Part shown: piece after piece, positions 52,837-64,000 of the stretch
How positions within the stretch are numbered: the first letter of the stretch is position 1
Layout: every line of letters starts with the position of its first letter
Assembly: GCA_964016885.1 (NCBI GenBank)
Contig: OZ024742.1
Span: 327,298,001 to 327,362,000, forward strand
DNA: 64,000 nucleotides
Direction of reading: 5' to 3'
From: Eledone cirrhosa
Lineage: Eukaryota
Position numbers and translations under genes: made by a program
Notes under the pieces: model-generated
The model's input: only the letters and a program-made list of their open reading frames with translations
Databases searched by the model: none
Told to the model about the DNA's origin: nothing

Positions 52837-54819
52837 TTTCATCATTTTCATTTCATTTTACGTCCGCTTTTTCCCTGCTTGCAAGATATATATACATAAT
52901 AGTATATATACATAATAGTATATATATAATATATAAATAAATAAATCATCATCATCATCATCGTCGTTGATTAACGTCTATCTTCCACACTAGCATGGGT
53001 TAGACGGGTTTGTCCTATTTAGAGGCAAGTTGGGTCTGGTGACCATGTCTCACTCATATCTATCAGCATATCTTGTTATGGTCTATATAATTTGTCATCA
53101 ATACCAGACAAAACTTGTTAACATACCAATATCATTTTCACGCCTGATCAGATGGTGCCAATAGTATATTGTGTATCATGTTGTTGCTTTTGTTGTTAGG
53201 CTCCATGTTGGCTGTCACTAAATAGGCCTTTCATAAAAAGTATTCCAATGGAAATATGATCAAAGGTGTTCTGGTGGAATCTGGATTAAAAGCTCTCCAG
53301 TTTTTACATTCCCATCATATTTCTTTATATCCTGGTTTAGATCATCCAATATGTGTACACCCTTCTTCCTGAAGGGGAAAGAGAGTTATTTAAGAGAAAT
53401 TGGCTGTTATTTCTAAGAGATCTAGTGACCATGTAAATGTTCCCTCAGACTTGTCTTGATTCTGTAGCATATTGTTCTTGTTATTGTTTAATCTCATATT
53501 GACTCTAGCATTCCAGCCATGAGCATCTCATCATTTATTTGGATATAATATGTCTAGAGCCACATTATTCAATGTATCCTTCCTGCTTTCCAAGATGGTA
53601 GAGTTGGTATGAGAGAGATTTGGCTGCTATTCTTTGTATAAGACTCTAAGTCCCAATTTGAGGGAGACTTAAATTCTATACCCAGTAAATAAAGGGATCA
53701 CATAGTTGAAACCTTTTGGGTCAATGAGATTGTTATTGTGGCTGTCAACACTCCATTCTGCTGTTCAGGGCTGATTTGAAACTCAAGAACAAATTGCTTT
53801 ACATAATGGTTTCTGATTTAGGCACAAGGCCACCAATTTTGGTGGAGGGGAAAGTCAATCAAATTAATGACAGTGCATTACTAGTACTTCATTTTATCGA
53901 CCCCATAAGATGAATGGCAAAGCTAACCTCGGCAGGATTTGAACTCAGAGCATAAAGGGCTGTAACTATATGCTGCAAAGCATGTTGGTTGACGCTCTAT
54001 CCGAACTGCCAATCCACTGCCCTAATTACAGCTCCAATCATTAGAGTGGAGCCTATCATTAGAGTGGATTCAGGAAAATAGTTACCATTCTACTATCACC
54101 AATCCAGCAATTTCTGCATTCAGTCTCATCTCCAACTGTCCTCACTGTCCCACACATCAACACACACACACACACACACACAAAATATACCATCCTTTAT
54201 TTTTTTATGTTGCTACCATCATTTCATCTCTTCACCTATATCTAATATGCCCTCGATTTATTTTTCTACATTACTGCCATTATTTCAAAATATAGGTAGA
54301 GTGTCAGACACTGTGCTTTGCAGCATAGAGTTATGGTCCTTTAACTTCTGAGCTAAAATCCCACCGAGGCTAACTTCACCTTTCATTCTTACGGGGTAAA
54401 TATCATCTTAGTTTTCATCAGCCTTCTTCTAAGTCCAAATGCAATATTGTTACTGGGTACAAGTTATATTCATTTCAGAGCACTATGTTGTAAATGACAA
54501 GGGTGCAATCATCAGCATACAACAAATCAAACAAGAGCTATCAATGCCTTCTATTTAGTTTCAAAATGTTTATCTTCTTCTCTTCTTCTTTGCTCACTTA
54601 ATCCTGGGAGGGCTGTGAAGTCAGAGTCCTCAATCACACCTTCTAGCAGTTCTTGTCAGGAGCCACTGTCTCCGATTGATCCAGCCAGATCCCCAAGCAA
54701 GACCAGCTAAACTCATAGATGTTATCCAGCCATCTTGTTCGGGGTCTACCCTTGGGTTTCCTGCTGCTTGATTTTGCCAGTAAAATCTGTCCAGCGACTC
54801 TTTCCCGAGATAGAAAAGC

Positions 54820-55260
54820 AACAATATTCTGGGATTATGACTTTCAAACTGATAGAATAATTAAGCATTGCTGACCGGACATTGTAGTATTGAACAAGAA
54901 AGACAAATACTGTCAGACCATCAACATGGCCATACCAAATGACATCAATATTACAAGTAAGGAAATTGAAAAAAATCACCAAGTACTCTGAATTGAAAGT
55001 GGAGCTGGCAAGATTATTTGGTATGCAAGAGGGTAAAGTGAAAGCGATACCAGCTGTGATTGGAGCTTTAGGGTCAATCCCATTGAAACTTCAAGATTTC
55101 TTAAAGCGACTGGGAATATCATACAGATTAGGTGTCATACAAAAGGCATCTTTGCAAGGTACTGTGCAAATTTTGAGGAAAGTATTATCAAGTTAGGTGT
55201 CTTACAAAAGGTGACTTTGCTAGATACAGCGCATAGTTTGAGGAAAGTATTACCTGTCTG
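54820..55260 (+). pseudogene. R4/Dong-clade RLE endonuclease C-terminus
   Basis: ILW, PDIVVLNKK, KITKYSELKVEL, VIGALG, QKASLQGTVQILRKVL. Confidence 0.85.
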
Positions 55261-55504
55261 AGGTCCTTGTTGCGACTTGTCAGATGACATAATACCCCAG
55301 TGCATTATCCATATGCACTGCATGACAGAGCGATATAATAAAAAAACAGCCACAAAAAAGTAATTGATAATTGATAATAATAATAATTATAATTTTATGT
55401 CTGTTTTTCTATACTTGTTGGTCATTGTTTAGACTTGACAGGCAGTAAAAGATCCTATATATTTACTGTTCAAACCATCAATAATAGTTACAATGAAAAT
55501 AACA

Positions 55505-56690
55505 ATAATAATTTTCTCTAACATTGGCAGAAGGCCAGCAATTTAGGTGATGGATAATCTCTATTATATAGATCCCAGTACTTAATTGGTATATTATTTT
55601 ATTGACATAGAAGGATGAAAGACAGTTTAAGTGGGAGGAGAAAGTTGATTGCATTGACCCACTACTGTATGGTTATTTTATCAATACCATAATAATCGTT
55701 TCTACTTTTGGCACAAGGCCAGCAATTACTGGTACTTTATTTTATCGACCCCGTAAGGATGAAAGGTAAAGTTATCCTCGACGGGATTTGAACTCAGACC
55801 GTAAAGGGACGTAACTATGCTAGAAAGCATGGCGTCCAACCCTCTACCGATACTGTCAATTCACTGCCCTACCATAATAATAATAGTTATAATAATGGCT
55901 TCTGATTTAGAACAAGGCCATCAATCTTTGGGGGAGGGGAAAAGTTGATTAAATCGACTCCAGTACGTTACTGGTACTTTATTTTATTGAACCTGCAAGG
56001 ATGAAAGGCAAAGTTAACCTCGGCGGGATTTGAACTCAGAACGTAAAGGGTCGTAACTCTATGTTACAAAGATTGTTGTCCAACACTTTATTAATACTGC
56101 CAATCTGCCAATAATAATAATAATGGTTTCTACTTTAGGCACAAGGAAAGTAATTTTGAGGGGAGGAAAAAGTTGATTAAATCAGCCCTAGTGTGTGACT
56201 GGTACCTTATTTTATCGACCTTGTAAAGATGAAAGGCAAAGCTAACATCGGCAGGATTTGAACTCAGACTGTAAAGAGTCATACCTTTAGGCTGTAAAAC
56301 ATGGTGTCCGACGCTCTACCGATACTGCCAATCCACCACCCTGCCAATAATAATAATTTTATGTCTCATTTTAAGTTTCTGCCTATTTTTCCCTTCTTCC
56401 TACTGCAATCTGATTTTGTTACCTGGAGATTTACCCAACTGCATTGTAGTGGCTTCCAAAACGACCACTTTTAACAATAATAATAATATAGGCACAAGGC
56501 CAGCAATTTTGGGGGGAGGGGAAAGTCGATTAAATCAACCCCAGTACATTACTGGTGCTTTATTTCATTGACCCCATAAGGATGAAAGGCAAAGTTAACC
56601 TCGGCGGCATTTGAATTCAGAATATAAAGGGCCATAACTCTATGCTGCAAAGCATGGTGTCTGATCCTCTACCGATACTACCAATATAAG
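55505..56690 (-). mobile_element. Cluster of 5-6 co-oriented SINE copies
   Basis: Copies at ~55510, 55693, 55893, 56120 and 56488 separated by (AAT)n; further copies at 53805-54022 and 54295-54400. Confidence 0.9.
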
Positions 56691-57454
56691 CTTGTGGATG
56701 AATAAATCTATTTCACGATAACTCCATCTTTGGTTTTCATTTTACGCCTTTTTACGTCTCATTTTAAGTTTCTGTCTATTGTAAGTTTACGTCTCATTTT
56801 AAGTTTTTGTCTATTTTTCCCTTCTTCCTACTGCAATCTGATTTTGTTACCTGGAGATTTACCCATCTGCATTGTAGTGGCTTCCAAAACGATCATTTTT
56901 AAAAATAATGATAATTTTTTATCCCTAGTGTGCAAGCAAAACATAGGAAATCAATAAAGAAGATTGTGGGGTATTTAGATTCAATGAAAGGGTGTGTATC
57001 TGTATGCATGTGTGTGTATGTTTTTGTGTGTGTTTGTATGTATATCTACTCAGAAGAGTTGATTTAGTATATTTGGTGTTTAGGTTGTGAATTGAAAGTT
57101 CTGGCAGAGTTATTAGGGCAAATAATACTGTAGAGTTGTTGTTGTTTTTAGTGTTTAGGGTGTGAATCATGTCTTACCAGTTGTATTATTTCAAATAATA
57201 GAGTTGTTGTTATTTATAAACAATCTTTTCTTCTATAAAGTTTCAACTGTTTATTTTTCTAAACAATTCTCACAGTGCAAAGAAAAGATAATATTGGTTG
57301 GGAATTTACTGAAATCTCAGACAGACGACATACAACAACACACATAATTATATATATATATACATATATATATATATGTATATATGTATATATATATATA
57401 CACATATATATATATATATGTATATATGTATATATATATATACACATATATACG

Positions 57455-57486
<32 letters not shown>

Positions 57487-58117
57487 GCATATATATACAT
57501 ATATATATATGATTTCTAGTATAGGCACAAGGCCAAACATGCATAAACCCATATATATATATGTATCATCATCATCATCATCATCATTTTACGTCCGCTT
57601 TTCCTGCTTGCAAGGGTGGGACGGGAACTGATTCTTGCTTGATTTCTACAGCTGGATGCCCTTCCTAACACCAACCTCATTTACAGTGAGTGCTGGGTGC
57701 TTTTTTTCCATGGCACCTACACGTCCACTTTACAGTGTGGGCTGGGTGCTTTTTTGACGTGGCACCTCCACGACCACTTTGCAGTGGAATGATAGGGACC
57801 CCAGTCCTTATCATCTCATTTCTACATCTGAGTAAACTGGAGCAATGTGAAATAAAGTGTCTTGCTCAAGGAAACAATACATCACCCGGTCTGTGAATTG
57901 AACTCACAACCTTTCGATTGCAAGGACAATGCTCTAACCACTAAGCCATGCGCCTCCATGTATATATATAAAAATATGTATATATACATATATATAGGAA
58001 AAGAATCAAGACCCCGATGGCTGAACTCCGGCCGTTTCAACAGCTAGATCCGAACTACCATAAGTATCCAGTACTCTGGTGCATTATGGTCCACCTGGTT
58101 CCTTACTACACTTTCTT

Positions 58118-58165
<48 letters not shown>

Positions 58166-59359
58166 GTTTATGTGTGTTTGATATAGCCATATAGTTACCT
58201 CCTGATGGATTTGTTCATTTGGAGGTGTGGTGATGAAGTGTGAAGTTGATGAGTGGGTAGCTTATTGGTCGAGTAATGGCAAGTGAGTAAATGACGTGTG
58301 TCTTAATGAGTCGAGGGAAGTTTTGACGTGTTCACAGATACAAGTTGTGTACCTGCTTGTTGTGGTATGGTGATATTAATGTGGGGAAAATTATTTTCTC
58401 AAATCACATGGATGAGAATAAACAAATGAACAAGACACTGCTAATTTTAATGTTTTTATTTTTAACATGATTTACTTTGAAATCATGTGCAGCAAGAAAC
58501 AACGGAAAATAATGCACATATTGTTGAAGTGTGTTATGTGTGTGAATGTGGAATCCCAAAATAGTAAATTCACTAACATGTGTTGGTAGCAAGTTAAATT
58601 GCAGGGCTGGCTAGCGTGTGTTTGTGTTTGTGTGCGTCGCTACATTGTGAGGTTGACCAAACATGCTTTGTCTGTTGTGGGTCAAAATCTCTTGAATATA
58701 TAAGGATTATGTTGTCTCAAAACATTAAACAGATGGTCTTTATAACTGTACTTGTTTACGAACAATCTGGCACCCTGAGGAGAACATTATCTAGGTTTGT
58801 GGCTCTGATATCACAGGTCAGTCTTTTGGTGGTTGTGTGTAATAGACTAAGGAAACTATCATGTGAAAATGTCAAGGTTTTGCTACAGATATATATATAT
58901 ATATATACATACATACATACATATATATATATATATCTGTGTGTGTTTATATATCATCATCATCATATTTAATGTCTGCTCTCTCTGTTAGCAAGGGATG
59001 GATAGGTCTTCATAGAATGAGTCAGTCCCCAAGCAGGGCTACAGATCTCCCAGACAGATTGGAGGCTTGCAGCTTCCTTACATAAGGTACATTTTATTGT
59101 GGCACCAGTGAGATTGTCATGTCTTTTACACAGCTGAAGGGTCTTCCCAACCCATTGTTTGGCAAACTTTCTGCAGCTGGAGGACTTTCCTATCACAAAC
59201 CACTTTACAGTATGTACCGGGTGCATTTATCATGTAGATAACCAACACTAGAGAGGTTGTCATGCAGTTGACACAACTGAAGGGACTTCGCAACCCTTTC
59301 AGGCATGGTTTCTTGGTTTCTACATTGAGTGCCCTTCCTGTCACCAGTTATCTTACAGG

Positions 59360-59487
<128 letters not shown>

Positions 59488-59605
59488 GTAATGGGAAGAC
59501 AGACATAAAGTGACAATGATGATGATACTGATATATATATATATATATATATACATATATACAATGATATTAAATAAATGGAAACTATATTTATAAAACC
59601 ATATT

Positions 59606-59671
59606 TATTTTATTATATTATATTTCAAGGGCAACCAAGATAACATTGATACGCTTTCATCAGATAAAATA
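59606..59671 (-). ncRNA. Minimal hammerhead ribozyme with canonical core, in the loop of fold-back 59563-59713
   Basis: tattttat-CUGAUGA-aag..ctt-GAAA-tataata-UA-ataaaata (8-bp stem I). Confidence 0.78.
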
Positions 59672-59943
59672 CATGTATTTTATAAATATAGTTTCCATTT
59701 ATTTAATATCATTGAATATTTACTCCAGTAACTTGTTGAGTGTTCTAAATCAGTTATAAACATTTATATTTGTCGGACTTCCAACAAATTAAATACCACT
59801 TCTACTTATATACATATATATATGAATATTTTGTTTAAATACGTATGTCTTTCTATTTGACTGCCTCCTCCCCAACCCAGTTTCTGTTTTCCTTTTTAAC
59901 ATATCCTAATCCTTTTGCCTTTCTAAAATTATTTATTAAACTG

Positions 59944-62380
59944 GTCACAAGTAGTCACCTCTCCAACAAGAGGTGACAACACTTTGGACCTGATCTTCAC
60001 CACTACTCCTGAAGTGGTTATCAGTTGTACTACTGAGGAACCTCTAGGCGACTCTGATCATGCTATGATCATTGCCAATCTGGCTCTTGCGGGCAGCAAC
60101 AAAAACCAGAGCCATCTCCAATCTGCTTGCTTTGATTGGAAGAGGGCAGATTGGAACTTGTACTGCACTGAGCTACAGAGCCCAAACTGGCATGAGATGT
60201 ATAACTCTGGAGATGTGAACACTATACTCCAGAGCACCCTGGATTCAATATGGATAGCGTGTGCAGCATCAGTGCCACGTAAGCAGAGAAAAAACCACCC
60301 CAAAAGTGCAATTTGGGAAACTTCAGCGGTCCAACTTGCCAGGAAAGAACGTCGGAACGCTGAAGGGGAATATAAACTGCATAAATCAGATGCCAACAGA
60401 AAAAAGCAGAATAAATCTTCTAACCATCTCAAGCAAGTGACAAAGAAGGCAGTGCTTGAATTTGAACAGTGCATAGCAACCAATCCTGACAGTAAGCTGT
60501 TCTGGAAATATGTTCATTCAAAGCAGAGACCTACTCTCCAGTTGGTCCTCTTCGCAATCCCCACACAAGCCAGATCACTGACGATCCCAAAGAATGCGCA
60601 GAACTCATTGCTGAGTGCTATGCAAGTATTTTTACTGTTGAAAACCAGAATGTACCATCTCCACCATCTCTAACATCAAATTCCATAACAACTATGGAAT
60701 TTACACCTGCAATGTTGCGACGTCACCTTCAGAATAAGCGCAACTATGCCTCCCCTGGTCTTGATGGTGTGACATACCTGCTTCTCAAACGTGGCGGGTA
60801 TTTCCTTTTGCGCCAGCTTTCTTTCTTCTTTCAATACTGTCTCAACAATGGTGCTACTCCGGAGCAGTGGAAAACTGCCAGTGTCATTCCCCTTTTCAAA
60901 AAGGGCAACCGCATGTCACCTGTCAACTATCGTCCAGTCAGTCTTACTAGCTGTATGGCCAAACTGATGGAATCATGTATTAGAGAAACACTTTGGAACT
61001 TCTGGAGCTCTCACAGCCTCATCCGGCCCTCACAGTTTGGATTTATCCCTAACTCCAGCTGCTGTGATCAGCTTATCGAGTTCCTTGAAGACATCACCCG
61101 GATCACTGACAGCGGCTCATGGGTGGATGTTGTTTACCTTGACTTTGCTAAGGCTTTTAATTCTGTGCCACACAAAAGACTTATGGCAAAACTCTCTGCA
61201 ATGGGTGTGAGGGATGATCTTTTCGACTGGTTGAAATCCTTCATTCTCAGCCGAAAAGAGGTAGTAACAGTTCTAGGACAGCATACTTCACCATATGAGA
61301 TGTCATCTGGTGTACCACAGGGATCTGTTCTTGGTCCCCTTTTGTTTGTGGCATATATTAATGACATAGATGCCAACTTACAGAATGCCACGGTACTGAA
61401 ATATGCAGATGACATCAAGCTGTACCTTGAAATCAAAAGGACTGATCCTGAAATCTACAACTCTTTCCTACAATCAGACCTGGACACAATGCAGCAATTG
61501 ATCACAGACTGGCAACTGAAGCTGGCTGTGGACAAGTGTACCACCATGCATTTTGGGAGGAAAAATCCAGCGTCCACATACTCCCTCCACAACACTGATA
61601 TCAAGAAGTCCTCTTGTGAATGTGACCTGGGAATTACTGTCAGTAGCAATTTGCGGTGGACAAAGCATGTCTCTAAGATTGTCAAGAAGGCCGAGGGTGT
61701 CTTGGCATCACTCAGCAAGACCTTTGTTAGCTGCTCTCCAGTCATCTATTTAAAGCTGTATACAGCTATGGTACGACCACACTTGGAATTCGCATCATCA
61801 GTCTGGAACCCCTATCTTGCTCAGAACATTGACCTCCTGAAAACTGTTCAGAGACATGCAACCAAGCGCATACCCTCCATCAGACACCTACCATACTTTG
61901 AACACCTTGCTTCCCTGGGCATGGATTCATTGAAGCTCCGACATCTGGCAATGGACTTGGTAAATACCCACAAAGTTATTAACCATCTCGCCAACAACAA
62001 CCCTGAGCACCTTTTTGATCTCCATGTGTCTAACACACGTGGACATGCCTACAAAGTCAGAAAACAGCACAGCTCCCATGACGTTCGTAAACATTTTTTC
62101 ACGCTCAGAGTTGCTGAAGCATGGAACAAACTGCCTGCGTCAGTTGTTAGCTGCCGAGACACTGCATCCTTTAAAACACTCATGCTTCCTGAAATATGCC
62201 AAAACTACACCTGATGTACCCCTTCCATACACATGCACACATGCGTATATCATGACTCATGCACTGTTCCTTTTCCTGACGTTTGTACATTATCTTATGT
62301 ACTATACATACACTTTTTGATGAGTTGTAGTGCACCTGAGCACTGTACACAATATTTCATTATTATTATTATTATTATTA
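59944..62380 (+). mobile_element. CR1-clade LINE, 5'-truncated inside the APE endonuclease
   Basis: PTRGDNTLDLIF..SDH; frameshift near 60530; 3' hairpin agtgc-acctga-gcact and (TTA)n tail. Confidence 0.95.
60694..62214 (+). CDS. CR1 ORF2 reverse transcriptase
   Basis: SPGLDG, NYRPVSLTS, QFGF, YLDFAKAF, GVPQGSVLGP, YADD, VRPHLEFASSVWNP. Confidence 0.95.
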   Translation: MEFTPAMLRRHLQNKRNYASPGLDGVTYLLLKRGGYFLLRQLSFFFQYCLNNGATPEQWKTASVIPLFKKGNRMSPVNYRPVSLTSCMAKLMESCIRETLWNFWSSHSLIRPSQFGFIPNSSCCDQLIEFLEDITRITDSGSWVDVVYLDFAKAFNSVPHKRLMAKLSAMGVRDDLFDWLKSFILSRKEVVTVLGQHTSPYEMSSGVPQGSVLGPLLFVAYINDIDANLQNATVLKYADDIKLYLEIKRTDPEIYNSFLQSDLDTMQQLITDWQLKLAVDKCTTMHFGRKNPASTYSLHNTDIKKSSCECDLGITVSSNLRWTKHVSKIVKKAEGVLASLSKTFVSCSPVIYLKLYTAMVRPHLEFASSVWNPYLAQNIDLLKTVQRHATKRIPSIRHLPYFEHLASLGMDSLKLRHLAMDLVNTHKVINHLANNNPEHLFDLHVSNTRGHAYKVRKQHSSHDVRKHFFTLRVAEAWNKLPASVVSCRDTASFKTLMLPEICQNYT

Positions 62381-62800
62381 TGTGGATTGGCAGTATCGGT
62401 AGAGGGTCTGACGCCATGCTTTGCAGCAAAGAGTTACGGCCCTTTATGGTCTGAGTTCAAATCCCGCTGTGATTAACTTTGCCTTTCATCCTTACGGGGT
62501 CGATAAAATAAAGTACCAGTAATGCACTGGGTAATTGCTGGCCTTGTGCCAAAAGTAGAAACAATTATTTATTATAGTATTGTAATAGGGCAGTGGATTG
62601 GCAGAATCAGTAGAGCATGAGACCAAATTCTTTGTATCTTTTAGTTATGGACCTTTATGTTCCTTGTTTAAATCCCACTAAGGTCAACTTTGCCTTTCAT
62701 CCTTGCTGGGTTGATAAAATAAAGGACCAGTCAAGTACTGGGTTGATATAATCAACTTTCCCTTCCCTCAAAAACAATGTGCCTAAATTAGAAATCATTA
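62380..62800 (+). mobile_element. Two SINE copies (one young, one old)
   Basis: Family match. Confidence 0.85.
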
Positions 62801-63020
62801 TTCTAGTGTTATAATGACGTAGTAGCTTTGTAGAACAATTGTCCCCGGAGAAGTCAGTATGATCGAACCTATATATTATGTCTGATAGTATACAGTTCTC
62901 TAACTGCTATAGATCAGTCAATATATCAATATAATCAACCCTCCGAAACGATCGTAAAACAATGAAATGAATATGTAAAATAACTTGCCTTCGTTATTAT
63001 TATTATTGTTAAACTAACAT

Positions 63021-63091
<71 letters not shown>

Positions 63092-63094
<3 letters not shown>

Positions 63095-63791
63095 TGAGAA
63101 ATTAGGAATAAGAGGGATCAGATGCTGTTTACTCGAGAGAAGACTACGTTGGTATGGCCACGTGATGCGCATGAAAGACGAAGCTGTATAAAAAAGTGCA
63201 GGGCGATCAAAATTGATGGTAGTTATGGAGTAGGTAGACCCAGAAAAACCTGGGACGATCTGATAAATTCCGACCTTACACACTTGCACCTCTCTAAGAC
63301 AATGTCACTTGACCGAGATCTTTGGCACTATGCAATAATACAGAAGAGCCGCCTTGCCTATGTACAAAGCGAAACCTACAGTCAGTAGGCACCTCTTTAC
63401 CAAATATACACTCCAATCCACTACTTCTACCCTATCCTCCCACTCCCACCAACACCACCCTCTCTCTCTGTAAAGTTGGTACCACAACATCCAGTCCAAA
63501 TAAATGAGATAATGAGATCAAGATTGTGTAGGTGTCACGAGAAAAATACAAACTGTCCACGCTGTAATGTGGCCGTGTAGGTAACATGGTAAAAAGTTCT
63601 CAGTTCCACACTGTAAATGTGGTTGGTGTTAGGAAGGGCATCCAGCCGTAGAAAACCTGCCAGATAGTCCTATATGAACGAGACATGGTCTCCCGACCAA
63701 CCTTGCTTCAAGTGGGACAACTCCCCTCTAACCCATGCTAGCGTGGAAAATGGACGTTAAACGAAGATGATGATGATGATGATGATGATGA

Positions 63792-63793
<2 letters not shown>
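63092..63793 (+). mobile_element. RTE LINE 3' portion
   Basis: EKLGIRGIRCCLLERRLRWYGHV, GRPRKTW, (GAT)n tail. Confidence 0.92.
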
Positions 63794-63874
<81 letters not shown>

Positions 63875-64000
63875 TATCCAGACTGCAGAGGACATGTGCT
63901 GACTAGAGAGAAATGAAGCAACTGTGCTTTATTGGATGCGCACACCATGGTCACAGTCTAATGATTAAAATGACTTCTGTAGAAGGAAGACTTGTGTGCA

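Noticed and set aside
59927-62574. Shared TSD aattatttatta suggesting LINE+SINE co-mobilisation
   Set aside because: Low complexity and overlaps the normal SINE tail; SINE insertion into the LINE tail is simpler

Overview
This is AT-rich eukaryotic DNA, almost certainly an octopod cephalopod (inferred from the SINE, RTE and Penelope repertoire and the extreme microsatellite load). It is mostly intronic or intergenic and dominated by transposable elements, and most entries in the ORF track are microsatellite artefacts. Retroelements: 5'-truncated Tx1/L1 LINEs with clear target-site duplications (TSDs), a near-complete Penelope-like element (RT + GIY-YIG, probably Naiad type), two young CR1 LINE copies, many RTE fragments, R4/Dong and CRE remnants, and more than 20 tRNA-derived SINEs. 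DNA elements: a fragmented Helitron, non-autonomous Helitrons, a mariner pseudogene and hAT/mariner MITEs. There is also a 73/76-bp satellite. Host-gene signal is limited to one convincing minus-strand first coding exon (14362-14484) and an E2F/NF-Y-type promoter cluster near 38.7 kb. The most notable pattern is a set of short fold-back (palindromic) insertions in (TA)n tracts, from several unrelated families, most carrying minimal type I hammerhead ribozyme motifs. These include U3-A8 and U4A core variants and very long stem II inserts. An HDV-like ribozyme candidate with an unusual L3 insertion sits at the 5' end of an RTE element. All structures were folded by eye and no database searches were run.
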